Assembly: GCA_951406725.2 (NCBI GenBank)
Contig: OX597816.1
Span: 66,960,001 to 67,024,000, forward strand
Source: Octopus vulgaris
Taxonomy: Eukaryota
DNA: 64,000 nucleotides
Direction: 5' to 3'
The translations under genes and the position numbers were made by a program. This document shows, piece by piece, positions 1-13,545 of this stretch. Each line of letters opens with the position of its first letter. The stretch's first letter is position 1. The notes under the pieces were generated by a model. That model ran no database searches, had not been told where the DNA came from, and was given only the letters and a program-made list of their open reading frames with translations.

Positions 1-240
1 GGGCTGTAAAAGTCAGATATGATGTTCATAGCTGATGGCGCGTAGCAATGCAGATACGCATGCGTCATACGAATCAATGACGTCATTCACAGCCCAATGT
101 GTTTTCAAGCATGTCGTCTCGGAGGAGTATTTTCTCCCGAGACTATTTCCCCAGCGATACGTCTCCTCACGTCCGAGTGTACTCGAACATGTTCAATATG
201 ACTTTACACGAATGCATACATTCCAACATTCAATTACACA

Positions 241-275
241 TGCGCACACGCACGCACGCGCACACACATACACAC

Positions 276-349
<74 letters not shown>

Positions 350-354
350 GCGCG
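241..354. repeat. (CA)n-(CG)n compound microsatellite
   Basis: Directly visible alternating purine-pyrimidine tract; source of the THTH/VCVC ORFs. Confidence 0.95.
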
Positions 355-1619
355 TATCATTTCTCTCTCTAGCATCTGTGTTTCTCGATAGACATGAGGT
401 TTGCTCCACTAGTAGAAATGGAGTTTGAGGCTGCAGCACCCATAGCTTGTTGCAATTTTTACAAGTAAAAGCTGTACGGATGTTGGTTTCGCCTGCAATC
501 TCACCTCCTGCCCACCCACAGTTCAGCTTTACTCTGATTGCTACTCAGTATATCTGTCTTCATGACATGTCTTTATTTGTTTTAATCTGCCGTCAAGACT
601 TCCCATATGTATGTATGTGTGTATACACAGAAACACACACACATATATATACATATTAGCTGTGTTATGCGATTAAGCAGTTCAGTAGCATATCATCATT
701 GTCGACATCTTTATCCTCATTGTCATCATACCCGCAACTTCTTCATTCTCGTCACCACCACCACCATCATCTCATCATCCTCTTCATCATCATCGCACTC
801 CGACTACCATTGTTTTAAATAAACACGGTTATCGCCATAATTTTTTCGTGATGCCAGCACTAGAGAATTTGTTGTCATGTCTTCGGCATGACCAATGAGT
901 CCTCTCAGCGTTGTTTCCGATTGTTCAATGAAAATGTGACCAAGGAGGTGAACAGAAAAGTGATGACCAAGAAAGCGAAAGATGATAGACTATGAGTGTG
1001 ATACAGGAAACTGAATAATGGGAGTGAAAGAATGATGGGTAAAAAAAGTAGTAGCAGAGAGACAATGATAGCTACGTGCCGGTTCTTGATGAGGAGACTG
1101 AATACAAAAGCAACAAGGGTGATGTTATGAGGATAGCAATAAAGATAGATGAAGGTAAAAGAGAACAAGTGATGGATAGTAATAGAGATGAGTATTGATA
1201 AGTGAGGTGAGGATGCCAATGAAGAGAGACATGGCAATAGAGAAAATGATAACCAGCTGTAAAGAGCGGTAATGTTAGAAGATAATGAGTAGAGATCCGA
1301 AACAATCCTTCGTTACACAGATGCCGTGAATGGAGTGTGGTAGAGTGTTAGAAGCTAACGAAGGAAGAGAGATGGCATAGTAAATAGTGATGCTTGAATA
1401 ACTGAGTTCCCACGGACCCAGTGTCACCCTCATTATCAAGTAGTATGGTACACCGAAAGAAAAAGAGAGTGATTTATGGATGAGAAGGTAACAAAGAAAC
1501 CAGTAAGTAGATGGCGACTTAATAGAAATACAATGGCCAAGAGACCCAAATGGAGATATATTATGTATCACAACCTCCATTACCACCACCATTTTACCGA
1601 CTGGTTGGCCACACCTGAA

Positions 1620-2150
1620 CAGGCGAGGAGGTCTTCTGAAGCACCGCATATCTCCACTCATCGTGATATTCATATACTTTGTGAGATTCAGTTTCTTGAG
1701 ATCAATCGTCATCATTTTGTCACATCTTTCCAGATATATCTTTTCCACTGGTTTCATCCACTTCAATCTTGCAGCAGTTCCTTATTCAATTGACATCCGC
1801 CATACACATCTCATATTCTTCATAAACCCAGCTTTCTCTCTTGCACACAAGATATGATTCCTTTTGTAGCCAGCTTTTCTATCAATTCATTTACGTTCCG
1901 TCATTCGTACAAACTAACATTACACATCCAGTGGGTCGTCCGTCACAAATCTTCTGCGTTCAAGCCACTCGTTTCCCTACCGCGCACCATCGTACTTCGT
2001 ACATAAGTATCATAAAATTTATCCTTTACACTGACACAGGAACTCTTTGATACCAGCAGAGGTATCAAAGAATATTTTTCTTGGCATTCTTACACTGGTT
2101 ACTATGCTTTCGAAACGGCTATTTCCACTGTTAATTATGTCAGCCGACAA
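1620..2150 (-). mobile_element. Decayed RTE-clade LINE, RT C-terminal fragment
   Basis: Manual minus-strand translation gives LIPLLVSKSSCVSVKDKFYDTYVRSTMVRGRET and ...IDLKKLNLT...EWRYAVLQKT, resembling RTE ORF ends; frameshifted. Confidence 0.65.
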
Positions 2151-2177
2151 TGAAATACAACAGTGATTAGCATAGCA

Positions 2178-2549
2178 CTAGCACTATGACCCGGCAACGC
2201 CGGGTCATAGTGCTAGTGCATGCATATACAGCTGCGTGCGTGCGCACATACACGCGAGTACTGTCCAAATCTCCGACCAATCACATACAGCTAGCTGGCA
2301 TTCAATTGGCGTATCAAGTTTCGGGCATTTTGATTGAGTTTTGGATAGAAAATTCACAAAAAGTCACTTCTATTGATTTTTAATGGCTTTGCGGAGTGAC
2401 TGGAGAAATGTAAAGATGTGCACGACCACCCTTGGACGGTTTCGAATGACCATAGAAAGTGCGAGCCCTCTAACTGAAATATTGTGGATTTGTATAAAGG
2501 ACACACACACACACATACACACACGCACGCGCACACACATTTTGCCGTT

Positions 2550-2560
<11 letters not shown>
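2178..2560 (-). mobile_element. Non-autonomous Helitron-like element
   Basis: Minus-strand 3' end CTAG|T preceded by a CCCGGC-GTT-GCCGGG hairpin; 5' end lost in the microsatellite, so approximate. Confidence 0.55.
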
Positions 2561-2711
<151 letters not shown>

Positions 2712-3604
2712 TTCATGTCCGAATCTACTGAATTTAGTAAGAATGACTAGATACTTTCTTGTTTAGATTCTCGATGTTTTCCGCGTACCCAATGGTAATG
2801 ATTATCGATTTTGTAGGCATCAAAACACATCAGCCAAACATTTATTTAATGATTTTTATAAACAAGAAACACTACTCTCGTTTAAGTTTCATTGATCGAG
2901 AGCAGCTTTGAATGAAGAGACACATAGAGAGGTCAAATCACAGCGGTCCTTCAAAATCCCCTCACGTCAATGAATATGTGAGTGTTTGGAGGTAAGAGAT
3001 GGTTTCTAAAGACGCAAAATACAAACAGCGGTCAGCATATTCACTTTCGAATCCACCAAAACATATTAAGAATGAATAATACATTATTGTTTAGATTCCC
3101 GTGGCTTTGAGCGTACAGGATGAATAATTATGCATACATACATATACTCACTACACACACACACCAACTAATTGCAGGCAGCCTTTAAAAGCATTTGTTT
3201 CACATGTCCTCTTATTGCTAACTACTCCTATATATCTGCCAAAGACGAAGTCTGCCCTCTCTGTCAGCCTACCTGTGATCCCGCTACACTTCCTCTACGT
3301 GCATAGTTTACGCTAGGTGCACACTACAAAAATCTATGTGTATACATATAAGCCTATGTGCAAACACATACATACAAATGTACACGTGTTCACACAAATA
3401 GATTCATACAAATATGCATCTAAATCAGCGTGATTGCCAACTGCGGTAAGAGACCACATCCAGCAAAAAATAAAATTTTCCGTGCCGTCACCAGTTTGGC
3501 TGTCTGTCAACTCATCATCACGTATCTGTGTGCATCTATAAACCAGATCTCTTTGTGACTATTTTAATCTCGCATTTTCTTATCTCTGTACATATGTCTG
3601 TCTT

Positions 3605-3748
3605 TGGTAAGTAGCTTGCTTACCAACCACATGGTTCCGGGTTCAGTCCCACTGCGCGGCACCTTGGGCAAGTGTCTTCTACTATAGCCTTGGGCCGACC
3701 AAAGCCTTGTGAGTGGATTTGGTGGACGGAAACTGAAAGAAGCCCGTC

Positions 3749-3830
<82 letters not shown>
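3605..3830 (+). mobile_element. SINE family B, 5' half, ending in (TA)n(GATA)n
   Basis: B-box GGTTCAGTCCC and CORE-like ACCTTGGGCAAGT; matches the copy at 38541-38932. Confidence 0.85.
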
Positions 3831-3831
<1 letters not shown>

Positions 3832-4474
3832 TTACAGAATATGTACAATCTGAATATTTTTTTCAGTATTTTAACGCCTGTTATTTCGAGCAGTAGTTAC
3901 ATTACATTGTTATTGTTCCAAATAATCGAATTCAAAAATAAATAATAAAAAGAGTTATTGGGCCCTGTTGCACATTGCTTTCTAAAAAATATATAATCGT
4001 CTTGATAATTTTGAAGTGCATATTTCCATAAACACCATCTATTTATCCATCTGCGTTCCTAAACACGCGCGCATGTACGCACACATATACATGGAGGGAG
4101 ATTAGCAAAATCCTACAAAGGCCAGAGAAAAATGCCTTACGGTATTTAGCGGGATTTTGCAGAGGAAATATGCGCTTCCAACAAGCCATGAAAAACGAGG
4201 ACAATCGGACTGTGAATTAATCATCATTGCTTTCAATAAACATGGGATAGGATAATGAATGTAATGAATATATGGAGAGCTGCGGTAGAAATATATATAT
4301 ACGAATACTTGCTAGCAAGTTGTGGCCTGTAGATATCTTCGTAGCTTAGAAGATATACGGTGTGTGTATTGCCCCCAACTGCCGTGGTGTGTGCAACTCG
4401 AAAATGTCATGCATTTTGTCCAGCTGTTCGACAGTTGGTGTGCAGCGAGCATACCCAAGTAAGTTTATGTTCAC

Positions 4475-4539
<65 letters not shown>

Positions 4540-4670
4540 TGTTATAGTTCAGGCTAAAGGGCAGGGTACATGACATTAAAACAAAGTTCGATAAAACAGA
4601 CGAAGTAACAGTAAAACCTGTTCTGCCATCATACAGCTGACGGTTAATTAACATTATTTGTGAGGTTGAG

Positions 4671-4747
<77 letters not shown>

Positions 4748-5268
4748 CGTGTGTATGTGTGTGTGTGTGTGTGTGACTTGCATCAGCCTAATGTTATCTG
4801 CTTGCATGGTGAGATAAATAACGCGATTTGTTATTTTGTTTATCCATCATGCAATTAACATTATTTGTAGTGGTTATGAGTACCTGACACACACACACAC
4901 ACACATGTACGCACGCACACGCACACTCATATATTGTAACCCACACAAATGATATATGATGTGCTATTATTTCATATATATATATATATATATGCACACA
5001 CACAGTCATCATACAAATATCAAATGTTTGTTGCATGATGAGAAAACAGGCTTTGTACGATTTTATTTTATGATTCTTTCTTGTTTTGTTTTGTTTTTTT
5101 ATACATTGTTTCTTTTCTTTTTCTTTATAAGGTTTTCTAAGCTTTCCAATAGTAGACTTATCAGTTCATTATGCACACTTCTCATATATCAAAGAATGCA
5201 CATAGGGTGAGAAGGAAGCTGAAGTATTTTTGGCATTTCGAGACCTTGGTAAGTGATAGTAGAGATAT

Positions 5269-5329
<61 letters not shown>

Positions 5330-5715
5330 CATAAACGAAGAAAGTTTGCAGACGGACGGAAGTTGTCTGATATTTCTGGACTACATAGTGAGAATTTATT
5401 TGCGATGATGCTGTGAATTATTTGATCCCTGAGTGAGAGACCTTGAATCGTTAACCTGTCGCCCGCTTTAAAACACCACAACCTGACAATTTGGGTATCC
5501 CTAATAGATTGCCACTCTGTTGTTACAAGCATTTGGGTCTGGTTTCCGGCTTGCGAATGTCCCTTCTTCTTAACGTATAGGGAGTTATACTGTTATTTCT
5601 TAATATATGAGGGAGTTATTTCTAACAGTTCAAGCGGTGACTGTGCAGAGGCTTTCTAGTTATATTTTGTCCATTATTCTAATGATGATGATGATGATGA
5701 TGATGTTGATGATGA

Positions 5716-6385
5716 TTTCAAGTTTTTGGCTCATGGTTATTAATTTCAGAAGAGGGGTTAAGTCGATTACATCGACCCCCAGTGCTCAGTTAGTGGTTAT
5801 TTTATCGACCCCGAAAGGAAGAAAGGCAAAGTTGACCTCGGCAGAGTTAGAACTTAGAACGCAAAGACGGACGAAATATTGCTAAGCATAATACTGGCTT
5901 CAAATTTTGGCACAAGGCTAGTAATTTCGGGAGAGGGGCCCAAGTTGATTACATCGACCCCAGTGTCCAACTGGTACTTATTTTATTGACCCCCAGAAGA
6001 ATGAAAGACAAAATCGACATCGGCAGAATTTGAACTCTGGACGTAAAGACGGAAGAAATGCTGGTAAGGATTTTCCCAGGCGTGCTGCTGGTTTCAAATT
6101 TTGGCACAAGGCCAACAATTTGGGTGAGGGTGGGGGGTAAGTCGAATACATCGATTACAGTACTTGACTGATCCTTATTTTATCGATCCCGAAAGGATGA
6201 AAGGCAAACTCGATCTCAGCGAATCAATCGTCTCTAACATAGACACAAAATCAGAAATTTAGAGGAAGTGGTTAGTTAGTTCAATCAACACCAGTTAGTG
6301 ACCGGTATTTTTTTTTATCGATTTGAGAAAGACAAAACCAAAGTTTATCTCGACGGAATCTGAACTCACTCTGTAAAGGGCAATA
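5716..6385 (-). mobile_element. Cluster of four head-to-tail, 5'-truncated SINE family A copies
   Basis: Four variants of ATCGACCCCGAAAGGATGAAAGGCAAAGTCGACCTCGG, each with a tail. Confidence 0.8.
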
Positions 6386-6419
6386 ACCCAATATTTACTT
6401 CTTTTAGTCTTTTGAGACA

Positions 6420-6890
6420 TATAGAATAATACTTTTAGCATAAGTACTATGAAGAGTAGAAGATGGGTGTGATATTAAATGTATACAGTATAAAGAAAAC
6501 TACATTCCCCTTGGCAAAGAACGAATGAGGAAAAGACGAAATATTTCGTAAAGTACTAGGATACAATTACCAAGTCAGAAAACCATTAAACAGGTAGATA
6601 CTGAGAACTTATAAGTACGCATATATATAACAGAGATGAGTAAGTTAAAGAAGGAAATGGGGCAATATTTTCGAAATGAATACCTCAGAAAGTTAAAATT
6701 ACTCTTTAAATACAAGCCAAATAATGAAAATAAAATTGCAGCCGTTCATGCCTAAGTCATATCTCTTTCAACATGTAGAGGAAAGCTATTAAGAGAGAAA
6801 TAAAGAGAGGCTTCGTCTATATAGGAAAACTCAAAGAGCAATGACTATATACGGAGATTTACACTCCCCAAAAAGGTGTTGTCTGTAAGA
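6420..6890 (+). mobile_element. Decayed R4/Dong-like (RLE-type) LINE RT fragment
   Basis: Translates to KKEMGQYFRNEYLRKLKLLFKYKPNNENKIAAVHA and YRKTQRAMTIYGDLHSPK, like the R4/Dong motifs EYxRRxxxL..NxxxAIN and DRKTRKxxTxxxxLHP. Confidence 0.5.
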
Positions 6891-7182
6891 TACATACATA
6901 CATACGTACATACATACATACATACATACGTACATACATACATACGTATGTGTATACATATATATATATTATATAAATATATGCATATATACATACATAT
7001 ATGTACATACCTACACACACATATATATATATATATGTAGAGAGAGGGAGAGAGAGAGAGAGAGTAAGAGAGAGAGAGTACTGTTACATTAAGGGAAGAT
7101 CAACAAAAAAGTTCTCCATCCAGTGAGAGATAAATATCATTTAATGTACACAGTATCACAGTATGTTTATTCTGTGTACATA

Positions 7183-7274
<92 letters not shown>

Positions 7275-7275
7275 A

Positions 7276-7325
<50 letters not shown>

Positions 7326-7378
7326 GCATATATATGTATGCATATATATGTATGTATATATATGTATATATATGTATG

Positions 7379-7440
<62 letters not shown>
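6890..7440. repeat. Microsatellite block: (TACA)n, (GA)n, (TA)n, (TG)n
   Basis: Directly visible. Confidence 0.95.
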
Positions 7441-7441
<1 letters not shown>

Positions 7442-8030
7442 TCCATATGAAAGCGGGAAAAGAATTAATTAAATGTTTAGATGCATAGAATGTATAATGA
7501 ACAAAGAAAATAGTATATTACTGTTATTAGGTGAGATCAAGAAAGCTTGAATACCTAAGATTTAATAATGTTGAATAATTTTACCTGGAGAGCTCAAGAG
7601 AAAATATCAAGGAAAAGAAAAAAAGAAACCCCACTAAGAAGATATGTTCTCTTACTTGTTTCAGCAACTAAACTAGAAGCATGTTCGGATATTATCATTA
7701 CAATAACGACAAAACTGATACATAGAGGAGCTGGGATGTGAGGGTGGGGGTTGGCAGGGACCGGTCCATCCCGGGAGGCAGCATTTTGAGTCTGTCGTAT
7801 ATATCATTCCTTGCTACTAGATTCCCGAAGGAGAGAAAAGAAAAAGAAAAAAGAAAGAGACAGAAAAAAACTTAAAGGCTGCCCTGATGGTACACACCTT
7901 AGCCATACCACTGTTCAATCGCTTGTAAGGTGCCCATCTGAACGATTACACTACAATGCCCAGCTTTGTTTTGCTTTGTACTTTTTTTTTCAGTTAGGTA
8001 AATAGATGAATTTATGGATGTGGGTGAATT

Positions 8031-8096
8031 ATGGCCATGGACAAGAACAGCAGACCTAAATAATTATTTAGGTCTGCTGTTCTTGTCCATGGCCAT
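8031..8096. repeat. Perfect 66-bp palindrome with no spacer
   Basis: ATGGCCATGGACAAGAACAGCAGACCTAAATAA immediately followed by its exact reverse complement. Confidence 0.95.
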
Positions 8097-8230
8097 TGTG
8101 TGGAATATGAGGAAAAAATGGTAAAAATATAATGCATTTCTTAGAGAACATAATAAATTATTTGAGATGGAATATGAGACACAAAATGAAAACATATCAC
8201 GGTTCATTATTTACATTATTTAAATTATTT

Positions 8231-8441
8231 GATATTTGTCCTCATCTTGTTTGTTGCTAAATACTCTTCAGTCTTCTTCAGGTGTCTTGGAGAAATTTCG
8301 AACCTGGGTTCTCATTCCGAAGGTATTTTTCGATGTTATCATTATTATTATTATTATTATTATTGTTCAGGTCACTGCTTGGAATCGAACTCGGAATCTT
8401 GGGGTTAGTAGTCCGCGCTCTTAACCACTACGCCATATGCC
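8231..8441 (-). mobile_element. tRNA-headed SINE-like element (family E) with internal (AAT)n
   Basis: A-box TGGCGTAGTGG and B-box GAGTTCGATTCC, then (AAT)n and a non-tRNA body. Confidence 0.7.
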
Positions 8442-8551
8442 TGTGTAGGCAATATCACGGTTCGCCTACAGGGAATTATTTGGAAAGTATACATTATGAT
8501 GAATATATATACGTGTGTGTGTGTGTGTGTGTGTGCATGCATTTATATTTG

Positions 8552-8585
<34 letters not shown>

Positions 8586-9896
8586 TGTATGTATGTATGT
8601 ATGTATGTATGTATGTATGTATGTGTATATATATATATATATATTATATGCATACATGTATGTATGTGTACGTGTGTGTGCGCGCGCGCATGATTATGTG
8701 CATGTGTAGAGATATGTAGATAGATGTACACACCCACACACATGCACACACACACAATCAAATCTAAAGACAACATAATCCTTGGAACTCAGCCATTGAA
8801 TGCAGCCATAATATTATGAATAGGAAATCTGATATTGTAGAAAAGAAAAATAATCAGAAAAATGTAAAATATTTAATATTGAAATACTTGTAGACACTAG
8901 AAATGGAATCAACAAATAAGAAAAGATTTGTTAATTAATGATTTTCTATATCAGTGGAAGTTTAGCATGCGGTTGCTTGTGGGCGGTTGCTACTGATGAC
9001 ACTCAAAAAAAGCAGAAATGTGTATTTAGCAATTCCACCACCGTTGCTGATATATTTCTGTGCTTTTTAACACTATACGTCTATACGAGATGCTTTCTCG
9101 AGGCGAAAACTGCAGTTTTCAGGCTTTCAACAGTAAGTCTGCGTTAAGTATGATCTACAGAATGCTATTTTGAACGAATACTGCTTCTGTCGCTAATTAC
9201 GAAGAAAGGACAAATAAATACCAGTACCTCAAGAGGGTTATCATTCATATGTGGTTACTAAAAAAAAATTTTAATTTTGATCTTTTATTTTTTTTCATTG
9301 CTTGGGCACCACCGTTATGAGTCTCCGTTAATCAAGTCGATTCCAATAATTACTTCAGTCAAGTACAGAGTTTGTCGGTCTCTATCTGTCGATTCACTCA
9401 GTTACAGGATTTAAAGTGACACACGATAAACAACACCGATTTTTAGACCGGTGTAAAGACAAACATATATACACGCTATATATATATATATATATATATA
9501 ATGATTCCGTTTAATATAGCGTTACTAATAACTAGTTATTTTATGTTTACCTTGTTTCAGTGACTAGACTGCGGCCATGCAGTAGAAGACTGCGGCTATA
9601 GTAGAATAATTTTGACCACGGTGCTTCGCAGTGGGACTGAACCCGGAACCATTTGGTTGAGAAAAACTTTTTACCACACAGCCACGTCTGCACCTATTGT
9701 TAGAACTCAGTATACATATGCTTTAGAGTAAAAGTATTTGGCGAGTACAGAGCATTATTATAGTTATTAATGAATGAGAAAGGAACAGGATTCACGTAAT
9801 AAACTTCATCAGCTTATAGTTGATTACATGATTCCTTTACCCTAGTCATTTATTAATGTGTGTGTGTGTGTGTTTGTGTTTGTGTGTGTGTATGTT

Positions 9897-9960
<64 letters not shown>

Positions 9961-10909
9961 AGAGTCAAAATAATGACAATTATAGAGATTTCACTAGATG
10001 TGTTTATACTACGTGGCCAATAAATACTCAGCAAAGTGCATGTTGGCTCTGAAGAATCAAAGATACGGTCTTTAAAAAAAGACAAAAAAAAAAAAAGATA
10101 GGGGAATATGCGATTATATTCTAAGCGAAGTTTCTTTAAGTTGTGTGTCTACTTCCTTGAAATATTAGCCAAATCTCTCAAAAATAAAACACCACCGCCT
10201 TAAACAAGAAATAACACACTGGATAATGAAGTCATAGATGCTGCCAAAAGGGCAGAAAAGTCATGACTAGTGGACCTTTTGGACATAGGTGTGCTCAGTG
10301 CTCGGTTAACCTGGGCTACAGATGCAACAACAAAAACCAAAACAACTGGCATTATTCCAAGTCACACTAAATCAATGTGTAAAGACGTATATTTGAAGAA
10401 CGGAAGTAATTACTGAATAGGTTGTAACATCAAAGTAACAATGATATATATATACTATTTTAGACATAACTACATCACTTGTTTACACTTGATCGACCGT
10501 CTCCCAGCTCCCGCTGTTGGGAAACAAAATAAACAGTCTTCATGAGAATCAGCTGTTAACTACTTAATTGTGTGTGTAAGGCAGGAGCTAATAACTCATA
10601 TGATAATTGTGTAAACAATTTCTCAAGAAGGTCTAAACAAACAGACGAATTCCGCTGAAATCTGTGACGTAACAGCTGATTAACCTTAAATAGTGTGTAA
10701 TCGGGAATGAGGATGCGAGAATGACTATGTAACTTTATATGCGCTCCACCTCTCTCTATCTCTCACTCTGTCATTTCTGTATGTATATATATGTACATAT
10801 ATGTGTGTGTGTATATATATATATATATACAAAATGAGAAAATGGAGAAACATACCTAAATCAATCATCAACCATCAGATAATACCCAATCAATACTTTA
10901 TTAAACCAT

Positions 10910-11043
10910 AAATCCACTCACAAGGCTTTGGTCGGCCCGAGGCTATCGAAGAAGACACTTGCCCAAGGTGCCACGCTGTGGGACTGAACCCAAAACCATG
11001 TGGTTGGTAAGCAAGCTACTTACCACACAGCCACTCCTGCGCC
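10910..11043 (-). mobile_element. SINE family B, 5' part
   Basis: Matches the head and CORE-like segment of 38541-38932. Confidence 0.8.
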
Positions 11044-11390
11044 ATGTGCCGAAATCAGAAAGAAAAAATGTTAAAGACATTCATGAACAACCAACAAAAA
11101 AGACTTTAAGTGGTCGCTCGACCGGTCTGCCAGAAATAACAACCGAATCTTCCTCAAAGCACACCCTAACATCTTTAGAAAGTGCGGAAGACACATTGGA
11201 TAAATTTTTAGGTACACTGAGTCTTAGAAAGAGGATAGGATGACCATTAGTTGACTGCTTTTCCTCATTGGTTTACACGAGCAAGGCTGAGCAATGACAA
11301 AACAGCATCATCGCCATCATCTTTATCATCAACAACAGCAGCTTTGTGAATTGAAACATTGCGTTAAGAGAAAGGATTGCCTTAAGAGAA

Positions 11391-11630
11391 GACGGCAAGC
11401 TGGCAGAAACGTTAGCACGCCGGACGAAATGCTTAGCGGTATTTCGTCTGCTGTTACATTCTGAATTCAAATTCCGCTGAGGTCGACTTTGCCTTTCATC
11501 CTTTCGGGGTCGATAAATTAAGTACCAGTTACGCACTGGGGTCGATGTAATCGACTTAATCCGTTTGTCTGTCCTTGTTTGTCCCCTCTGTGTTTAGCCC
11601 CTTGTGGGCAATAAAGAAATAAGAAATAAG
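11391..11630 (+). mobile_element. SINE family A, full monomer with Tx1-like tail
   Basis: A-box TGGCAGAAACG, B-box-like ATTCAAATTCC, core GCCTTTCATCCTTTCGGGGTCGATAAATTAAGTACCAG (Meta-domain-like, from memory), tail ...GTGGGCAATAAAGAAATAAGAAATAAG. Confidence 0.9.
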
Positions 11631-12221
11631 AAACGAACATACAAGAAAATAGTAGAATAGAACGCATAACCCATGATACATTAACTAAATGTAGGGTGTT
11701 ACAACTCTATGTATTTAGACTTGGTGGGAAATCAGGCTTCACAAGGGTCATTTTGACTGCTTTGGATGATGATTAAATCGACTATTTCATTGTTACTTAA
11801 CAATCCTGTAAACTTTCGATATAGATACATAAATGGCCGACAAAAGTTCAGCTAACGTCGTGTGCACAAATATAAGGCAGTAATGGTATTCGTACTTTGG
11901 GTTAAATATTACTACTCAATGTAATATTTTATTTCAAATTCTGGATTTTAAGCAAAACATTTTACTAATAAAAAAAACATATTTGAGACAAATTATTCAG
12001 AATTTGGCATGTTCCCACAATGCATTTCAGGTTCATTTTATTGTCAGTCATTTTACATACCAATATCAAAAGATTACACAGAAGTTCAAAGTCAGGAAGA
12101 TGAGTCTCCATGTGGTGTTTGAGAAAGAATCCCCTACATAGTCGCTCGGCATGCGAGAAATAGTAACCAAATTTGATGGAAATTACATAATGTATGTTTC
12201 TGATTATATATACGCTCACAT

Positions 12222-12260
<39 letters not shown>

Positions 12261-12287
12261 ACTATGATTATTATTATTATTATTAAT

Positions 12288-12460
12288 ATGGCACAAGGCC
12301 AGCAATTGACTCTAGTGTTCAACTGGTACTTATTTCATCGATTCTGAAAAGATGAATGGCAAAGTCAACCTTGGTGAAATTTGAACTCAGAACGTAAAGA
12401 GAGACGTAATGCCGCCAAACATTTTACCCACCATGCAAACGATTCTGCTAGCTTGCCTCC
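12288..12460 (-). mobile_element. SINE family A, diverged copy
   Basis: Head and core motifs recognisable. Confidence 0.75.
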
Positions 12461-13249
12461 CTAGGCTTTGAAAGATATCAATATTGAAGTGTTAATTTTA
12501 TGTTTTAGCTTTATCATTGACAATTAACAATTTTCTTTCACTTTTTTTTTTTGGCGCACTTGTAACAAAAGATTACAAATAATTCATCATGATCCACTGT
12601 TTTTTTGTTTTTTTTTTTACAAGATTACAAAAGTTCGTAGCAAAAGGATACTGATTAAAATATACCCGAGCACAGCTCGTTTACATAACGATAGAAGATT
12701 GACAGCTTAACGATAATTACTAGTGTGCTAATACAGCAAAGATAATAAAAATTTACTCGCAGAAATGAGGCAAAAAATTGACTCACTTCTGTCGGTATTT
12801 AGCATCAGTGATAAATTAGAACCCAACAGGCACAGTATCTTATCACCACGGTAACTCTACCTCTACTTATGTGAGATAATTAGATAGACAATAAAGACTT
12901 CCAGTCTAAATACTCTTCGTATATCACGCCCTACTGTTTTATAGTGTTGTGTTAGCTCATTATTATTAAAGGGTGTGTTTAGACATAAAGTTGTTGAGAC
13001 ACGGGAAATAGGTTAATTAAATGTTCAATTTCAAGTATCCTGAATTTACAAGGAATTTACGAACAAAACTTCCTTGTTTACGTTTGAGTACGTAGTTCTT
13101 TTTCATCTTCTCCGAAAAGGAAAGGTGTTGCCTATTAACCGGAGAATAAGAGGAAAAAGAGGAAGAGAAATGCTTCCAACAGATTTTTTTTCATGGTGCA
13201 TTATCAAAATTGTTGGTTTCGAAAAACCTACGTTAATAATGATAATTGT

Positions 13250-13545
13250 TGTTTGTTCCTTCTCGAGCCATCCCTGGCTCATAAGGACCGGTTTCGCGGT
13301 TTCCTTGGCATATAGGTTCCCCACCTGGACGGGACGCCGGTCCGTCGCAAGTGAGCTGCAAGATGTAGTGAGAGAAAGTTGTAGCGAAAGAGTTAGCAGA
13401 GCTTCGCCATTACCTTCTGCCGGAGCCGCGTGAAGCTTAGGTGTTTTCGCTCATAAACACACACACATCATCCAGTCTGAGATTCGAACCCGCGATCTCT
13501 CGACTGCGAGTCCGCTACTCTAACCACTAGGCCATGTGCCTCCAC
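13250..13545 (-). mobile_element. SINE family C-related copy
   Basis: A-box TGGCCTAGTGG, B-box GGTTCGAATCT, body GACCGGCGTCCCGTCCAGG, (AAC)-rich tail. Confidence 0.8.

Noticed and set aside
900-1600. Possible ancient CR1/L2-like fragment (similar texture at 30290-30760 and 33270-33480)
   Set aside because: Only faint motif resemblance; needs a profile search
8365-8441. Apparent tRNA gene (also the heads at ~13470-13545, ~18830-18903, 25841 and ~63490-63563)
   Set aside because: Poor stem pairing and direct fusion to repeat bodies; these are SINE heads
10140-10335. Old dispersed repeat (related pieces near 11105, 37190, 44040, 51600, 63600)
   Set aside because: Probably real but too diverged to delimit or classify
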